64,000 nt of DNA, taken from Azolla caroliniana (lineage: Eukaryota > Plantae > Polypodiophyta). The notes below the pieces were generated by a model. That model did not search any database and was not told the origin of the DNA. It was given only the letters and a program-made list of their open reading frames with translations. Shown piece after piece: positions 63,858-64,000 of this stretch. A program made the translations under genes and the position numbers. The stretch covers positions 248,001-312,000 of the forward strand of contig JBHGNT010000014.1 of NCBI GenBank assembly GCA_043228905.1. The letters run 5' to 3'. The first letter of the stretch is position 1. Every line of letters starts with the position of its first letter.

Positions 63858-64000
63858 CTTCGACGAAGATTCATCCTTGGACTAATATTCATCCTTCGAC
63901 GAAGATTCATCCTTTGACGTAGATTCAATCTTCGACGAAGATTCATCCTTGGACTAATATTCATCCTTCGACGTAGATTCATCCTTCGACGTAGATTCAT
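63858..64000. repeat. 18-bp tandem repeat (CCTTCGACGAAGATTCAT)
   Basis: Seen directly; continues to the window edge. Confidence 0.9.

Larger units (their letters stand above)
62112..64000 (+). mobile_element. 5' LTR (62112-63281), tRNA-Asp PBS and leader of an Athila-like Ty3/gypsy element running out of the window
   Basis: TGTT...AACA, then TGGCGCCGCTGCCGGGGAT (63288-63306), complementary with one mismatch to the plant tRNA-Asp 3' end. The LTR left edge is inferred. Confidence 0.8.

Noticed and set aside
63731-64000. Arg-rich protamine-like ORF (MNLRRR repeats)
   Set aside because: Antisense translation of the 18-bp tandem repeat in the Athila leader.

Overview
Eukaryotic, AT-rich, intron-containing land-plant DNA, most likely a fern (inference from PLS-type PPR relics, LINE-stuffed introns and TTTAGGG telomeric motifs). 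Five host genes could be assembled by hand from GT-AG boundaries: the last two exons of a SAUL1/PUB43-44-type U-box/ARM E3 ligase (+), a GDT1/UPF0016 cation transporter (+, 9 exons), TAF13 (-, 5 exons), a CPBP/CAAX-protease family gene (-, 10 exons over 22 kb) and an intronless P-class PPR gene (-). The rest is mostly decayed retroelements: LINEs of two families, copia and gypsy/Athila pieces and two solo LTRs. The most notable structure is a rearranged cluster of Penelope-like elements at about 11.3-18.4 kb. It lacks an endonuclease, carries a minimal hammerhead ribozyme in its 3' region, contains a ~700-bp inverted repeat and has telomeric-repeat junctions of unexpected polarity. Also notable is an 8 x 514-bp apparently perfect tandem array inside intron 2 of the CAAX gene. 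All family assignments come from motif recognition; no database searches were run.
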